DNA from: an uncultured Verrucomicrobiae bacterium
GTDB lineage: Bacteria > Verrucomicrobiota > Verrucomicrobiia > Limisphaerales > Palsa-1400
Assembly (NCBI GenBank): GCA_963707025.1
Contig: CAVPOM010000018.1
Coordinates: 64,001-128,000, forward strand
Direction of reading: 5' to 3'
DNA length: 64,000 bases
In this document: positions 20,577-31,387 of the stretch, piece by piece
Layout of the letters: every line of letters starts with the position of its first letter
How positions within the stretch are numbered: position 1 is the first letter of the stretch
Program-made: the position numbers and the translations under genes
Notes under the pieces: generated by a model
What the model was told of the DNA's origin: nothing
The model's database searches: none
Seen by the model: only the letters and a program-made list of their open reading frames with translations

Positions 20577-21089
20577 ATGAAAGACCAGGAGCCGCCGTTC
20601 GAGAAGCCGGGGCAACCGTGGTCCCGGAAGATTACGCTGGCCATCTGGTGCGCCGTCTTCAGTGCGATCCTGGCGATGTGGGCAAGCCATTCCTGCGCGG
20701 GGGGAGGCCCGGTTTCAACCCGCCTTGGGAACGCCATGCAGGCGCTGGCCACGAATCCCACGCAGTTTGTCCAGAGCCGCTTCACGGGCGGTGTCGGCGT
20801 GGTGCTGGCCATGGATCCGGCGGTGGGGCTGCCGACGGTGATGGAGGTCCTGGCAGGCTCGCCGGCGGACAGGGCCGGACTGCGCCGGGGGGACGTGATT
20901 ACGCAGGTCAGTGGCGCGACGATGACCGGCCAAAAACTGGCGCAAGTGGTGGAAGCCATGAGCGGTTTCAGCGCGGGCAGCGTGGCGATCACGGTGTTGC
21001 GCGGCCAGACCAACCGGACTCGTCTGGACTTTGTCATTCACCGCAATTCCCTGAACACCTTGCTCCAACTCACCAACTCAAGCCACTAA
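20577..21089 (+). CDS. Membrane-anchored PDZ domain protein
   Basis: TM helix, then GGVGVVL...VLAGSPADRAGLRRGDVITQVSG. Confidence 0.8.
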   Translation: MKDQEPPFEKPGQPWSRKITLAIWCAVFSAILAMWASHSCAGGGPVSTRLGNAMQALATNPTQFVQSRFTGGVGVVLAMDPAVGLPTVMEVLAGSPADRAGLRRGDVITQVSGATMTGQKLAQVVEAMSGFSAGSVAITVLRGQTNRTRLDFVIHRNSLNTLLQLTNSSH

Positions 21090-21213
21090 CACCCGCGCTT
21101 TCAATCCCTTTGCCGGGCAGCCGTTGCCCAGCTTCGGATATGTGCCCATGGCAAAGCCATGACAGTTCCTTCCTCGCGCCGCGGCAACCGCACTGCGCGG
21201 CAAAAAGACTGGC

Positions 21214-21645
21214 TCAGAACCTGGACTTGGAATGTTCGTGCAGCAGCGTGTCCGCGATGTCAATGACGCTAAAAATGGATTGCTGAATGGCGAACCCCGC
21301 CGCGATGGCCAGCCCTTCCAGCATCATGGTGACTATCGGCACTTTCCAGGTGGCCAGATCAAGCCCTTTTGCCATGACCCAGACCGTGGGGGTGAGGAAA
21401 AGTATGGATATAATTGACAACAAAAGACAGACATTGATGATGAAGCGAATGGCCGGATATGCGGAATTTGAACGGATGAGACCAAGGTGGGCTTTGACGC
21501 GCTGCTTGGCCGTCAGCGTGTTTGGGATGAAGAGCGGGGTTTCCATTTTGCAATGCGGACACTCGGAACGCGTGCCGGGCTGAAAGCCTTGCGTTTCAAA
21601 TTCAATGTGTCCGTTGCAATGCTGGCAGGAACATTTGACGATCAT
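21214..21645 (-). CDS. Zinc-ribbon membrane protein, hypothetical
   Basis: CQHC...CPHC pair followed by two TM helices. Confidence 0.7.
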   Translation of the reverse strand: MIVKCSCQHCNGHIEFETQGFQPGTRSECPHCKMETPLFIPNTLTAKQRVKAHLGLIRSNSAYPAIRFIINVCLLLSIISILFLTPTVWVMAKGLDLATWKVPIVTMMLEGLAIAAGFAIQQSIFSVIDIADTLLHEHSKSRF

Positions 21646-22023
21646 ATTTTTCCTTTGGTTGGCTTCGTGTTCAACTATCCACCGGCAGGGCGGTGATGTC
21701 CAGCAGCTTGTCCGTCGCCTGCCATCGCCGCCCCGGAGGCGCATTGGAGAAACGGTTTTGCCAATCAAAGCGGCCGGCCTGATGCGAGCCAAGTCTCGGA
21801 CGGTTTCGTTGAATGAGCAGGATTTGGGTTTGAGCTGAACGGCGCTTAGATAAGGAATTCGGCTTTTAACGTGTTTAATTTAAGCACCTTACATAGGGTG
21901 CTTGTCTATCGCGCTACAAAGACCTGGAAATCGCTTTATGTGATGCAATTAACACCTGATTCTTAGCGGGAGGCTCCGGCTTTTGGTGGGTGGGACAAAG
22001 CATCAAACCGCCGGCCGGCAGCC

Positions 22024-24420
22024 TCACCGTTCTTTGACTTCGATCCAAGTTTGCCGCGTGGCCCCGGTGCCGGGATCGCGCACGGTCAATTCGTGCCGGC
22101 CCAAGGCCAGGAGGGCCAGGCTCCGTCCGCCTTGCTGGCGGCATTCCAGCGAATCGCTGGACCATTCGGCTGCCTCCGCCCCCTCCGCGCTCAGATAGAG
22201 CAGGCGACCGTGATCCGGAAGGTCGGGGTCGAGAAAAAGGATGGTGCCGGGCAAGGGGAACGTGACCCGCAGGCTGCGGGCCGTGTCGCGCAGAACGGCC
22301 CGGCCCCCCAGCCAGTTGTCGCTGCCGGCCAGCCACTCCCGGTATTCCGGGCCGAGGATGACGCGTCCGGCGTCGTCGTAATCGCCGGGCCCGTTGGCCG
22401 GCGGCAGGACCTGGGCCATGAATCTATCGCTGACAGCATCGGGTTGCGACGAGAGCTTGCCGGTGAGAGGATTGATCCCGCGTTCCACGATGTCCGCCGG
22501 GCGGGCATACCAGCTCGTGCCGCATTGGTGGTGCAGATAATCGAAGAGTTCGTGCAGAATGGGCGCGGCGCCGGCGACACCGGAAATGTTCCGCATGGGC
22601 GAGCCGTCAAAATTCCCCACCCAAACTCCCACGGTGAATTCCGGCGTGTAACCAAAAGCCCAATTGTCCCGGAAATCCGAGCTGGTCCCCGTTTTGCACG
22701 CCACTGGATATTCAAATCGCAACGAGGATTCCGGCCCGAAAGCCCCCGCGCGCGCGTCATTGTCGCTCAGAATGTCGGCGATCAGCCAGGCCGCGTCCCC
22801 GTCGCCCACGCGCTCGCCGGCGTTTTGGCCGGGGGCGGCCGGCAGGAGGCGGTAGGGCCGGCAGACGCCCAAACGGGCCAGGCAGGCATAGGCGTTGGCC
22901 AGTTCGAGCAGCCGCGCTTCTGCGTTGCCGATCGCCAGGCCCAGTCCGTAGTAATCCTCCGCATGGGTCAGGGTGGAGAGCCGGCAGCGCCGCAGCAGAT
23001 CGAGCAGCGGCCCTGCTCCGCCCAACGAATCGAGGACCTTCACCGCTGAAATGTTGAGCGAATTGGCCAGCGCCTCGCGATAGCGCACGGGGCCGTAACA
23101 ATGACGATCATAGTTGACAGGCGAGAACAGGCCGGTGCGGGTGGCAAATTCCGTCGGCACATCCGCCACGACGGAGGCGGGCGTCGCGCCCCGTTGCAAC
23201 GCCAGCCAGTAAAGGAACGGTTTTAAAGCCGACCCGGTCGAACGCGGGGCCCAGGCGCCATCCACCTGCCCGGACTGCGCCGAAAAATAATCGCGCGATC
23301 CGACCAGGGCGAGCACGTTGCCGGTTTGATTCTCGATGACCACCAGCGCGCCCTCGCCGGCGCGTTCGGCCTGCAAGGCGTCGAGTTGCCGGCGCAAGGT
23401 TTGCCCGGCGAAACGGTTGAGGCGCAAGTCCAGCGTGGTGCGGACACTGCGATTTCCCGCCGCCACTCCTCCCTGTTCCAGCAGCAGATCGACAAAATGC
23501 GGGGCTTCGAAGACGCGGCCACCCTGGGCCAGCCGCAGCGGCTCGCGCCACGCGCGCTGGAATTCATCCCCGGTCAACCAACCCGCCTTGCGCATGCGCG
23601 TGAGAATCCAGACCTGGCGGCGGCGGGCGGCGGCGAAATGCGCGCGCGGATTCAATCGCGCCGGGGACTGCGGCAACCCGGCCAGCAGCGCGCATTCGGC
23701 CGTGCTCAGATCGCGCGGCGGTTTGGCGAAATAGAATTGGGCCGCCGCCACGCAACCGCGGTTGTAGTTGCCGTAATCAACCCGATTCAGGTACTCGGTC
23801 AGAATCCGCTGCTTGTCCCAGATTTGCTCCAGGCGCAGCGCCTGCGCCGTCTCCATGATTTTGGCCTGGAACGTCCGCGGCCGGGGCGCGCTCAACTTGA
23901 TCAATTGCTGCGTGATGGTGGAAGCGCCGGAGATGATGCGCCGGTTCCAAATCAATTGCCAGGCGGCGCGCAAGTCCGCCCCCCAATCCACCCCGTGATG
24001 ACGCCAGAACCGGCCGTCCTCCGCCGCCAGCGTGGCGCTGACCAGCGCCTGGGGCATTTCCGCCAGGGACGCGCCCTGTTGGAAAGGACGGTCGCCGTCG
24101 CGGGTCAGGCGCAAAGGCTCGCCGTTCCGGTCCAACAACTCGACGACCGGCGATGGAGGCGTGAACAAGGCTGCCGGCAACGGCACGAAGGAAACCAGGA
24201 TCGGCGCAAGCAGGACCAACCCTATCGCCGCGCCCAGCCCCGTGATAATGCGGAGCCTGAATCGGAGTGCGCCCGTCCTCGGGCGCAGCAAGTTTGGAGT
24301 GTCCCGACGCGACCAAGTATTCCACGGCTTGTTTGCACTTTCGCGGTGCTGCGCCCGAGGACGGGCGCACTCCGGGCTTGTCGCGCACCCCGCCGTCTCC
24401 TCGATCAAGCGTTTCTTCAT
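22024..24420 (-). CDS. pbpC: Penicillin-binding protein 1C
   Basis: Transglycosylase EDGRF..HHGVD and GASTITQQL; transpeptidase SALK, SLN and KTG. ATG at 24420 overlaps the macroglobulin stop (ATGA). Confidence 0.92.
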   Translation of the reverse strand: MKKRLIEETAGCATSPECARPRAQHRESANKPWNTWSRRDTPNLLRPRTGALRFRLRIITGLGAAIGLVLLAPILVSFVPLPAALFTPPSPVVELLDRNGEPLRLTRDGDRPFQQGASLAEMPQALVSATLAAEDGRFWRHHGVDWGADLRAAWQLIWNRRIISGASTITQQLIKLSAPRPRTFQAKIMETAQALRLEQIWDKQRILTEYLNRVDYGNYNRGCVAAAQFYFAKPPRDLSTAECALLAGLPQSPARLNPRAHFAAARRRQVWILTRMRKAGWLTGDEFQRAWREPLRLAQGGRVFEAPHFVDLLLEQGGVAAGNRSVRTTLDLRLNRFAGQTLRRQLDALQAERAGEGALVVIENQTGNVLALVGSRDYFSAQSGQVDGAWAPRSTGSALKPFLYWLALQRGATPASVVADVPTEFATRTGLFSPVNYDRHCYGPVRYREALANSLNISAVKVLDSLGGAGPLLDLLRRCRLSTLTHAEDYYGLGLAIGNAEARLLELANAYACLARLGVCRPYRLLPAAPGQNAGERVGDGDAAWLIADILSDNDARAGAFGPESSLRFEYPVACKTGTSSDFRDNWAFGYTPEFTVGVWVGNFDGSPMRNISGVAGAAPILHELFDYLHHQCGTSWYARPADIVERGINPLTGKLSSQPDAVSDRFMAQVLPPANGPGDYDDAGRVILGPEYREWLAGSDNWLGGRAVLRDTARSLRVTFPLPGTILFLDPDLPDHGRLLYLSAEGAEAAEWSSDSLECRQQGGRSLALLALGRHELTVRDPGTGATRQTWIEVKER
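24263..24374. repeat. REP-like doublet (family C) inside the pbpC 5' coding region
   Basis: Perfect 28-bp inverted arms CGGAGTGCGCCCGTCCTCGGGCGCAGCA at 24263-24290 and 24347-24374; each arm is itself a hairpin. Confidence 0.88.
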
Positions 24421-27400
24421 TTTCCCAGGAGGGTTTGCGTCCCGGTCAGCCCGAAACGCTGCGGATGATACATTTCCTCCACCGTGCCCGAAGGCGCGTG
24501 AACCTCGCCGGCCGCGCGGACGCGCGCGCCATAACTCAGCTTGTAGTTTCCGGCGGGCAACGCGTCGGCGAAGAACAAGGCGCGATCCTTGCGGAATTCG
24601 TGAAAGTCCCACATCCAGTCCGGCTCCCCGCCGGCCGCAAAGGCCGAGGGCACCGACTCCAGTATGGCCGGCAACGGATCATCCACGACCACGTAGCGGG
24701 CCGCCTCCCGCGCCGACAATTCCAGCGTGACCAGGACGCGGTCGCCCACGGTCAATTCGCCGCCGCACGGCTGGTTTTCCCCGTCCAAACGCTGATAACG
24801 CCGTTGCAATCCGAATCCCTCGTCTTCCCGGGGTTGCGCGGCGCCGGGCGGGCGGATTTCGAAGGCGGCGGAGGCGTAGAGGCGGCGCGCCGGGGAATTT
24901 AGAATGACGGGAAACGATTCCGCATCTCCCGTCAAGTCGAATGTCCTGTCAAACAACGGCTGCGCCGCGTCCAGCCGGAAGGGAATGGTTTGGCCGCGCC
25001 AGCGCAACTCTCCGGCGGCGGGCTGGAGAGCGCCTTCGACGCGGCGCGCATATTCCGTCAAGGCCAGCAGCGCCCAGGCGTCGCCCTGGGTCGTGCCCCA
25101 ATGGGCCTCGCGCTGTTCGCGCAGGAGCGCGTCAAACAGCGGCGGCACTTCCCGGCTTCCGGGCTGAAACCGCATCCAGGCCAGGAGACGGATGGCCAGA
25201 GCGCGCGGCGCGCCAGCCAAGCCGTCCGGCGCCGCGCGGCGGGAAGCCCGGTTTGTCATCAATAATTCCCCGGCCATTTCCGGCGGGCCGTGGGCTTGCA
25301 GAACGGCCAGCGCCAGGAGGGCCTTGTCCTCGGCCGAAAGCTGGCCGCGCCGGGAGAAAAATTTCTCGTGGTAACCCGGTTCGGCCCGCCCGGCCAGGGC
25401 CAGGGCGTAAAGGGCCAGGCAGGTGTCGGAGAGCGACCCCTCGTCGGCGCCCGGTTCCCGCAATTGCGCGCTGAGGCCGGCAAGCAGTTTGTCGAATTCC
25501 GGTTCGGGCAGCGTCCAGCCGCGCTGTCGGGCCAGGGTCAACACCATGGCCCCGTAGGCGCTGGCCCAGAGCGTCGGTTGGCGCGCCTGCGGCCAGTAGC
25601 CCAGGCCGCCGCCGGGAGTTTGCATCGTAAAGAGCCGCTCCACGCCGGCCTGGATCGCGCGCGCGACATCATTGGAACGGCCGCCCATGACGGAACGCAA
25701 CGCCGGCGCGTCGCTCAACACAATCCACGGCAGCATACTGGAGCCGGTTTGTTCGGCGCAGCCGTAGGGATAATGCAGCAACTGCGAGACCGCCTCGCTC
25801 AATTCGCTCAGGCGCGTGTTGGAAACGCGGATGGTCACGGTGCCTGTTCCAGCCAGAAACTGCGGGTTCGCCCTGGCAAACAAGTTGGTCGCAAGACCAT
25901 CCACGGTTGCCAGGAGCGTCTGATGCAACAGCGGCGAAACGTAGCCGACCTCGAGGCGGCATTCGGTGGCGTCGGTGAATTCACGCGGGGCCTCGGCGAA
26001 CCAGGCCCGCCATATCCACTTCGCCGGTCCGGCGGCGGCAAAGGTGACGGGGAATTCGGCCGCTTCCGATCCGCCGGCGGCAATTTGAATTTGTTGGTTG
26101 GTGCTGTTGGCCCGCGCCTTGTCATCCAGCTCCAATTTTACGACGACAACACCCGCATGGCTGCTTTGATTGTGAATCACAGCGCGCGCCAGGATGTGAT
26201 CGCCGATATGGGCGAACTGCGGCAGCGCCGGCTCGATCAGCAACGGCTTGCTCACCGCAAACGCCGATTGGCCGGAGCCGAATCGGTCGTCCAGGTGCGC
26301 CACCGCCATGATGCGGTAGCGCGTCAAACTGTCGGGCGCAGGGAACGTGGCGGTGACGGACCCTTGCGGGCCGGTGACCAAAGTCGCGTTCCAAAACGCG
26401 CAGGCGAGGAAGTTCTGGCGCACCCGGCTCCGCCCGCCTCCTCCTCCCATGTAGCCTTTATTGGCATACCGCCGCGGTGCGGGGTCCTCCGGCAGCAGGT
26501 TCGGCAGGGAAATGCCGGAACGGACCGCCAACGGGCGCGGCGCATAGAAGACCGCGCCCGGCTCGGGCAAGGCCGGGCTGCCGAGGCTAAGGATGCCTTC
26601 GTCCACCGCGTAGAGCGTCACTTCCGCGCCGGCCACGGCAGCGTTGGAAATATCGTTGACATTAACCGTGACCTCCACCGCTTGGGCGGGCAGATAATTC
26701 GTGGCCGGGCAGACGACCGACACGGCAAGCCGGCTGGCCGGGTCGCGCACAGGCAGTTGGCAAAAGCCGATGCGGTACTCCGGCTCCTTGATATGACGCG
26801 GGCAGTCATCGGAACCGCGCGCCAAAAGGACCGAGACAAAAACATTGGGCGAGTCGCCGCGCTCGATGGGAATTTCAATCACGGGCGCGTTGCCTTGCAG
26901 CCGCGCGGAAAAGGAACGGAGCACTTTGTCGCGTTCGATAGTTACCCACGCCACGCCGCTGAAAGGCGCCTTGACCAGCAGTCGCGCCGTCTCTCCGGGC
27001 GCGTATTCGGGACGGTCGGGCTTGAGGTCCATGCGGACTTCGTTGCGATAATTCCAGGCCAGCCTGCCGGGCGCGGCGACAGAGAATTCCAGGGAACTGG
27101 CCGCCTTGCGCCCGTGCGCGTCCTCGGCGGAAAGCTCCAGCACGTATTGTCCCGCCGGGGCGGCGGCCAGGAATTGGTTTGTCACCCCGCGGAAGTCAAT
27201 GTCGCGTTCGAGCACGTTGGAATAAACCGCCTGAGTGCGATAGCGGATGGTCCTGCCGGCGCCTTGCACCCGCACCGGCTGCCAATCCACACGCTGGAGT
27301 TGCAGATGCGCGGCCACCGGGTGCGGCCAGGATTTTCCGTCCGCCCCGACGGCCACAATTTGCAGGGGCGCTTCCTGGCCGGCGGTCCAAACCGAGTTCG

Positions 27401-29846
27401 TTTGGCACAAACCCAGATAAAAATCCGAGCTGTGACAGGTGAACCGGGCGCTGCTGGAAATAGTTTGCTGGTCAATATCGGTGGTTTCGACCAAAAGCGA
27501 TACCTGGCGCGGGCCGGGCGCCAGGTTATTCGACGGTATTTCCGGGCCGATGACACAGCCTGTGGAGTTGGACATCCGCGTCTGGCCGGAGAGGGCCAGA
27601 TGCGAGCCGGGCGAAACACCGAGGAAACTGAACGAATCGAATCCCGCCGGGTTGAAACCGCCCGCATCCACCTCCATTGTCCAGTTGACACGCGCCCGGG
27701 ACACCGGCTGGCCGAAGTAATAACGGGCGGAAACGGGGATCTCCACTTTGTCCCCGGCCGCGCATTCGGTTTTGGCTTGCACGCTCACTTCAAACGGGTT
27801 CGGCTGAAACTCGCGGACTTGGATGGCATGCACGGCATCCGAACCGGCCAAATGGAAGCGCGCGACATACTCGCCGCACGGCCCCGCCGGCAGGGGCACA
27901 TCCACCGAGCAGGCGCCGCGCGCGCTGAACTGGACGTTGTTCGAATAGAACGATTTTCCCCGCGCGTCAAAACATTCCAACCTGCCGGCCAATTCGGATG
28001 GAATCGCCAGACCGACCCGCGTCCAGTCCCGCGCCAGCGCCTTGAGATGGAGCGTTTCATTCGGGCGGTAAAATTCGCGGTCGCTGAAGACCATCAGAGG
28101 AGGGGCGGGCACGGCTTCGCCGCGCCCGAGGCAGGGAAGATCAAAGCCGTAAAGCGGGATGCCGTGCTCCTCGATTTTCAAGGCGTGGAAGTCCTGTCCC
28201 AGCACGGCCGCCAGCCATTGCGCGTTGGTCGGGCACTTCAGATGCGCCAGGCCGCCGGCGTCGGTCATGGCCTCTTGCAGAACTTGGTTTTCGTCGTCCA
28301 ACAAGCGCACGCCCGCGCCCGCGGCGGGCTGTCCCGTGCTTTGCGAAAAGACAAAGGCATGCAGGTCCCCGCCGGCGGTTTTCCAGGCCAGGCCGAGATC
28401 GGTCAATTGCATCAGGGCCTGCGTGCCCAGGCGCGGGCCGGATTCATAACGCCCGCCCGCCCGCTCCGCCTCGACAAAAATGACCCCGGTCTTGCGCCCC
28501 CCCAGCATTTGATCCCAGTCCAGCATCACGTTGGTGGCCGTGTCCGATTGTAAAGCGCCGCCCAGCTCTTTATCGAAGACCGTTCGACCGGCGATCAAAT
28601 TATAATTCACCCGCCGGTAGCGCTCGCCGGCGACGCCATAGTCAGGCCAGGGGCGGAAGTAGCTGTCGTAGCCGCGCAAGGCGTAAATGGCCGCGTCCGG
28701 TTCCAGCAGTTTGGCGCGGAGCCGGACGGTCGGCACGTTGACAGCCAGCAGTGGAAGCTGGCGCCGTCCCACCGCCTGCTGGTCCCCGGAAAAAGCCGGA
28801 AAATAAAGCCGCGGCGGAATGGCAGGCATGATGAGGTTGGTCCGCGCGGCCTGGTCCAGAGTGAAGGATTCCTCGGCGGGCAAGCCGGCGCGCGCGGCAA
28901 GCTGGTAGCAGGTGCCGCTGTGAAAATCGCCCCGCAAAATCAGGCATCGGCCGCCGGTCTCCGCCACGATGTTGGAGGCGAATGGCTTCAGTCTGATCCA
29001 ACGGTTCCATTGGTTGGTCAACGACGGCGCCACCGGCTTTGAAAACCGGAGAACAATCGAAGCGCCGCCTTCAATAAAGTGATGCGCGACAGCCCCCTCA
29101 AAAACAAACGGACGCACGTCGCCGAGTTGGATTTCTGTGCCCGTGCGCAGGCGCAATCCCTTTTCGAGCGCAGGAAGACCAGGCCGCAGGACCAACCGCC
29201 AGTCGTTGCCGACCGGCAACGGCCGTTGCGGCGCCGCCAGGACCAGGTTGGAAGCGGGATTAGCCCGCACCTCCCAGCGCGGAAAATCCCAAGGCACGTC
29301 TTCGTTTGTGCCCTGCCAGATTTCAGCCGCCCGGCGCTCGCCCTGGGCGTCGCGGAATTCCGCGTACGCCCCCAATTCGGCGGCGCGCACGGGCGCGTTG
29401 AAAACGAGCGTGACGACCGGTTCCGAATTCATCTCCGCATGGTTCGGCCGGGGAGCCGGATAGACGAGGGACAGCGGCGGCGTTTGCACGCGCCGGCGCA
29501 AAACGGCCAGAGACGGGCGTCCATCCGCGCCCGGCAAACCGGACCGCAAAGAAAGTGCGTAGCGGCGGTCCAGCGCCAGGGGTTCGGACGGCACAAACGC
29601 GCCGCTGCGCGGACTGAGCCAGGTGAAGACGCCAGGCAAGGCCGGCTGGATGACCAGCGGCGACGGTTCGGCCGGACGGCCGATTTTTTCCGGCCCGGCC
29701 ATCGGCTGGTCAAACCGCACTTCAAAGGTCGTGGCCGGACCGGGCGGGGAAGGATTGAGAATCAGCTCGACGTGTTCGGAGCGGTTATGATGGAGATCGC
29801 AGCCCAGCAGCAAAAGGGCGGCGCCGGCGGCAAAGAGATTTTTCAT
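24417..29846 (-). CDS. yfhM: Bacterial alpha-2-macroglobulin lipoprotein
   Basis: 1809 aa; lipobox LLLGC, SDREFYRP, AVDEGIL, PDSLT.YR and thioester YPYGCAEQ; adjacent to pbpC. Confidence 0.93.
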   Translation of the reverse strand: MKNLFAAGAALLLLGCDLHHNRSEHVELILNPSPPGPATTFEVRFDQPMAGPEKIGRPAEPSPLVIQPALPGVFTWLSPRSGAFVPSEPLALDRRYALSLRSGLPGADGRPSLAVLRRRVQTPPLSLVYPAPRPNHAEMNSEPVVTLVFNAPVRAAELGAYAEFRDAQGERRAAEIWQGTNEDVPWDFPRWEVRANPASNLVLAAPQRPLPVGNDWRLVLRPGLPALEKGLRLRTGTEIQLGDVRPFVFEGAVAHHFIEGGASIVLRFSKPVAPSLTNQWNRWIRLKPFASNIVAETGGRCLILRGDFHSGTCYQLAARAGLPAEESFTLDQAARTNLIMPAIPPRLYFPAFSGDQQAVGRRQLPLLAVNVPTVRLRAKLLEPDAAIYALRGYDSYFRPWPDYGVAGERYRRVNYNLIAGRTVFDKELGGALQSDTATNVMLDWDQMLGGRKTGVIFVEAERAGGRYESGPRLGTQALMQLTDLGLAWKTAGGDLHAFVFSQSTGQPAAGAGVRLLDDENQVLQEAMTDAGGLAHLKCPTNAQWLAAVLGQDFHALKIEEHGIPLYGFDLPCLGRGEAVPAPPLMVFSDREFYRPNETLHLKALARDWTRVGLAIPSELAGRLECFDARGKSFYSNNVQFSARGACSVDVPLPAGPCGEYVARFHLAGSDAVHAIQVREFQPNPFEVSVQAKTECAAGDKVEIPVSARYYFGQPVSRARVNWTMEVDAGGFNPAGFDSFSFLGVSPGSHLALSGQTRMSNSTGCVIGPEIPSNNLAPGPRQVSLLVETTDIDQQTISSSARFTCHSSDFYLGLCQTNSVWTAGQEAPLQIVAVGADGKSWPHPVAAHLQLQRVDWQPVRVQGAGRTIRYRTQAVYSNVLERDIDFRGVTNQFLAAAPAGQYVLELSAEDAHGRKAASSLEFSVAAPGRLAWNYRNEVRMDLKPDRPEYAPGETARLLVKAPFSGVAWVTIERDKVLRSFSARLQGNAPVIEIPIERGDSPNVFVSVLLARGSDDCPRHIKEPEYRIGFCQLPVRDPASRLAVSVVCPATNYLPAQAVEVTVNVNDISNAAVAGAEVTLYAVDEGILSLGSPALPEPGAVFYAPRPLAVRSGISLPNLLPEDPAPRRYANKGYMGGGGGRSRVRQNFLACAFWNATLVTGPQGSVTATFPAPDSLTRYRIMAVAHLDDRFGSGQSAFAVSKPLLIEPALPQFAHIGDHILARAVIHNQSSHAGVVVVKLELDDKARANSTNQQIQIAAGGSEAAEFPVTFAAAGPAKWIWRAWFAEAPREFTDATECRLEVGYVSPLLHQTLLATVDGLATNLFARANPQFLAGTGTVTIRVSNTRLSELSEAVSQLLHYPYGCAEQTGSSMLPWIVLSDAPALRSVMGGRSNDVARAIQAGVERLFTMQTPGGGLGYWPQARQPTLWASAYGAMVLTLARQRGWTLPEPEFDKLLAGLSAQLREPGADEGSLSDTCLALYALALAGRAEPGYHEKFFSRRGQLSAEDKALLALAVLQAHGPPEMAGELLMTNRASRRAAPDGLAGAPRALAIRLLAWMRFQPGSREVPPLFDALLREQREAHWGTTQGDAWALLALTEYARRVEGALQPAAGELRWRGQTIPFRLDAAQPLFDRTFDLTGDAESFPVILNSPARRLYASAAFEIRPPGAAQPREDEGFGLQRRYQRLDGENQPCGGELTVGDRVLVTLELSAREAARYVVVDDPLPAILESVPSAFAAGGEPDWMWDFHEFRKDRALFFADALPAGNYKLSYGARVRAAGEVHAPSGTVEEMYHPQRFGLTGTQTLLGK

Positions 29847-30225
29847 AGGACAACCAGGCGTTCATCGTTTAAAGTTTAGTGTTGACGGCACGCCGCCAAC
29901 AGGGCGCGCGCAGCCCGAGTCGGGCGATGGAGGAAAAGGCCTAACCCATTTACGAATGGAGCGGGTGGAGGAAGAATGGAACCCAGACCATCAGCCTGAT
30001 TTCACTCACGAACCTCATGAACGAAATCAGCTTTGCAGATGACTGCCATAAAGGCCGCGCTTTGTCACGAAAAAAATGAAAGAAAATGAAAAATGAAGCC
30101 GCCCGAATCTTGAGCGAACGCCCGGGACGACGAGAAAACCCGGCCAGACCATGCCGTGGAATTGCGTCCTGAAGCAGGTCGAAGCCACAGGGGGGGTGGG
30201 CGTGCCTTCCTCCGGACCGCACGGC

Positions 30226-31375
30226 TCAGGAACGCTTCAAGACGTTTACCAGGCAGTGGAGACAACCGAAATGGCGGTAGGTGGCGGTGCAATCAACCAG
30301 CCGGACCTCGAAGCCCAGTTTCTCCCAGACCGTCCGGGCGGCGGCGTTCAGCGCCTCCGCACCCCGGTAATACGGCAGGTAAACGATCCGCCGATCGCCG
30401 GCGCAATCCAGCAGGACGTTGACATAGGTCAGGTAGGTTCTTCCATCCTGGGCGGGCACGACGGGGATGCGCACGACACGGTAGCCTGTCGCCTCACACT
30501 GTTGGGCGACCGCATCGAACAGATGTTGTGTCGCGACGGTGAAATCCGGGCCGCCGGGCAGATTCATGAATTCATTGCCCACGGCGCGGTCTTCTGCCTG
30601 GAATTGGGCCGGCACCAGATTTCTTCCGAGCCTGGGGTCGCCCACCAGCATGAGGCGCCCCCCTGGCGAGGCCATGAACATCCCGGCGTGGTGGTCAGGC
30701 GCCTCCTCGAGCAGGATGACCCGGCGTTTGACTTGTCTGGCCAGCGTGCTCAGGAACTCCACTCGGCTGCCCACGGTGTGCTGAAGGTTGCGCTGCAGGA
30801 CGCGCGGCGCCACAAACACGTTGTCGTTGTCAGACAGAAAATCGCCGCCGTCAAAATAAAGCCCGCTGCGGACCGCCCTGACCGGCGGCCCCAGCGCCGT
30901 GGCAATGTCCTGTGCCACCCGTTCGTCGCCCGCGCGCGCGGGCCAGATCTCCCCGGCGGTTTCGCCGCGGGGACTCCAGATGGTCACCGCGCCCGCCGCC
31001 GAAGCCGGCGTCAGGACCACCCAGCGGTCGCGCGACCAGGTTGTGATGGGATGATGGGTGACAATGGGGTCAAGCCGGGCATCGGATCTGGCCCAGCAGC
31101 GGGACAAAATCCTCGAAGGCGGGACGGTCGGGACAGACGACATGCACGGTGACATCAGGCTCCAGCGCTCCGAGGAAATCGCGGTAAACCGCTGCCACAA
31201 TCTCCTTGGCCGATGGCTCATAATGAACCACCAACTCGCGCATCCGCCCATCGCACTCGGAAAGAATCGGCCCGGAGGCCGCCGTCTTATCCGAACCGCT
31301 GCCGGACAAGGCCAGCACCGCCAATCCAACCACCAGCCCAATGGCGGCGCCCAGCGCGGTTTGCCAGCGGAACAT
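30226..31375 (-). CDS. Exported agmatine/peptidyl-arginine deiminase-like (pentein fold) protein, +1 frameshift near 31078
   Basis: N-terminal TM in one frame; WSRD, DGGDF, HHAGM, YVN and C-terminal GCLHC in the next frame. Confidence 0.7.
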
Positions 31376-31387
31376 AACAACTGGCGT

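Noticed and set aside
22024..29846. Alpha-2-macroglobulin-pbpC as a novel system
   Set aside because: A well-described conserved pair (yfhM-pbpC).
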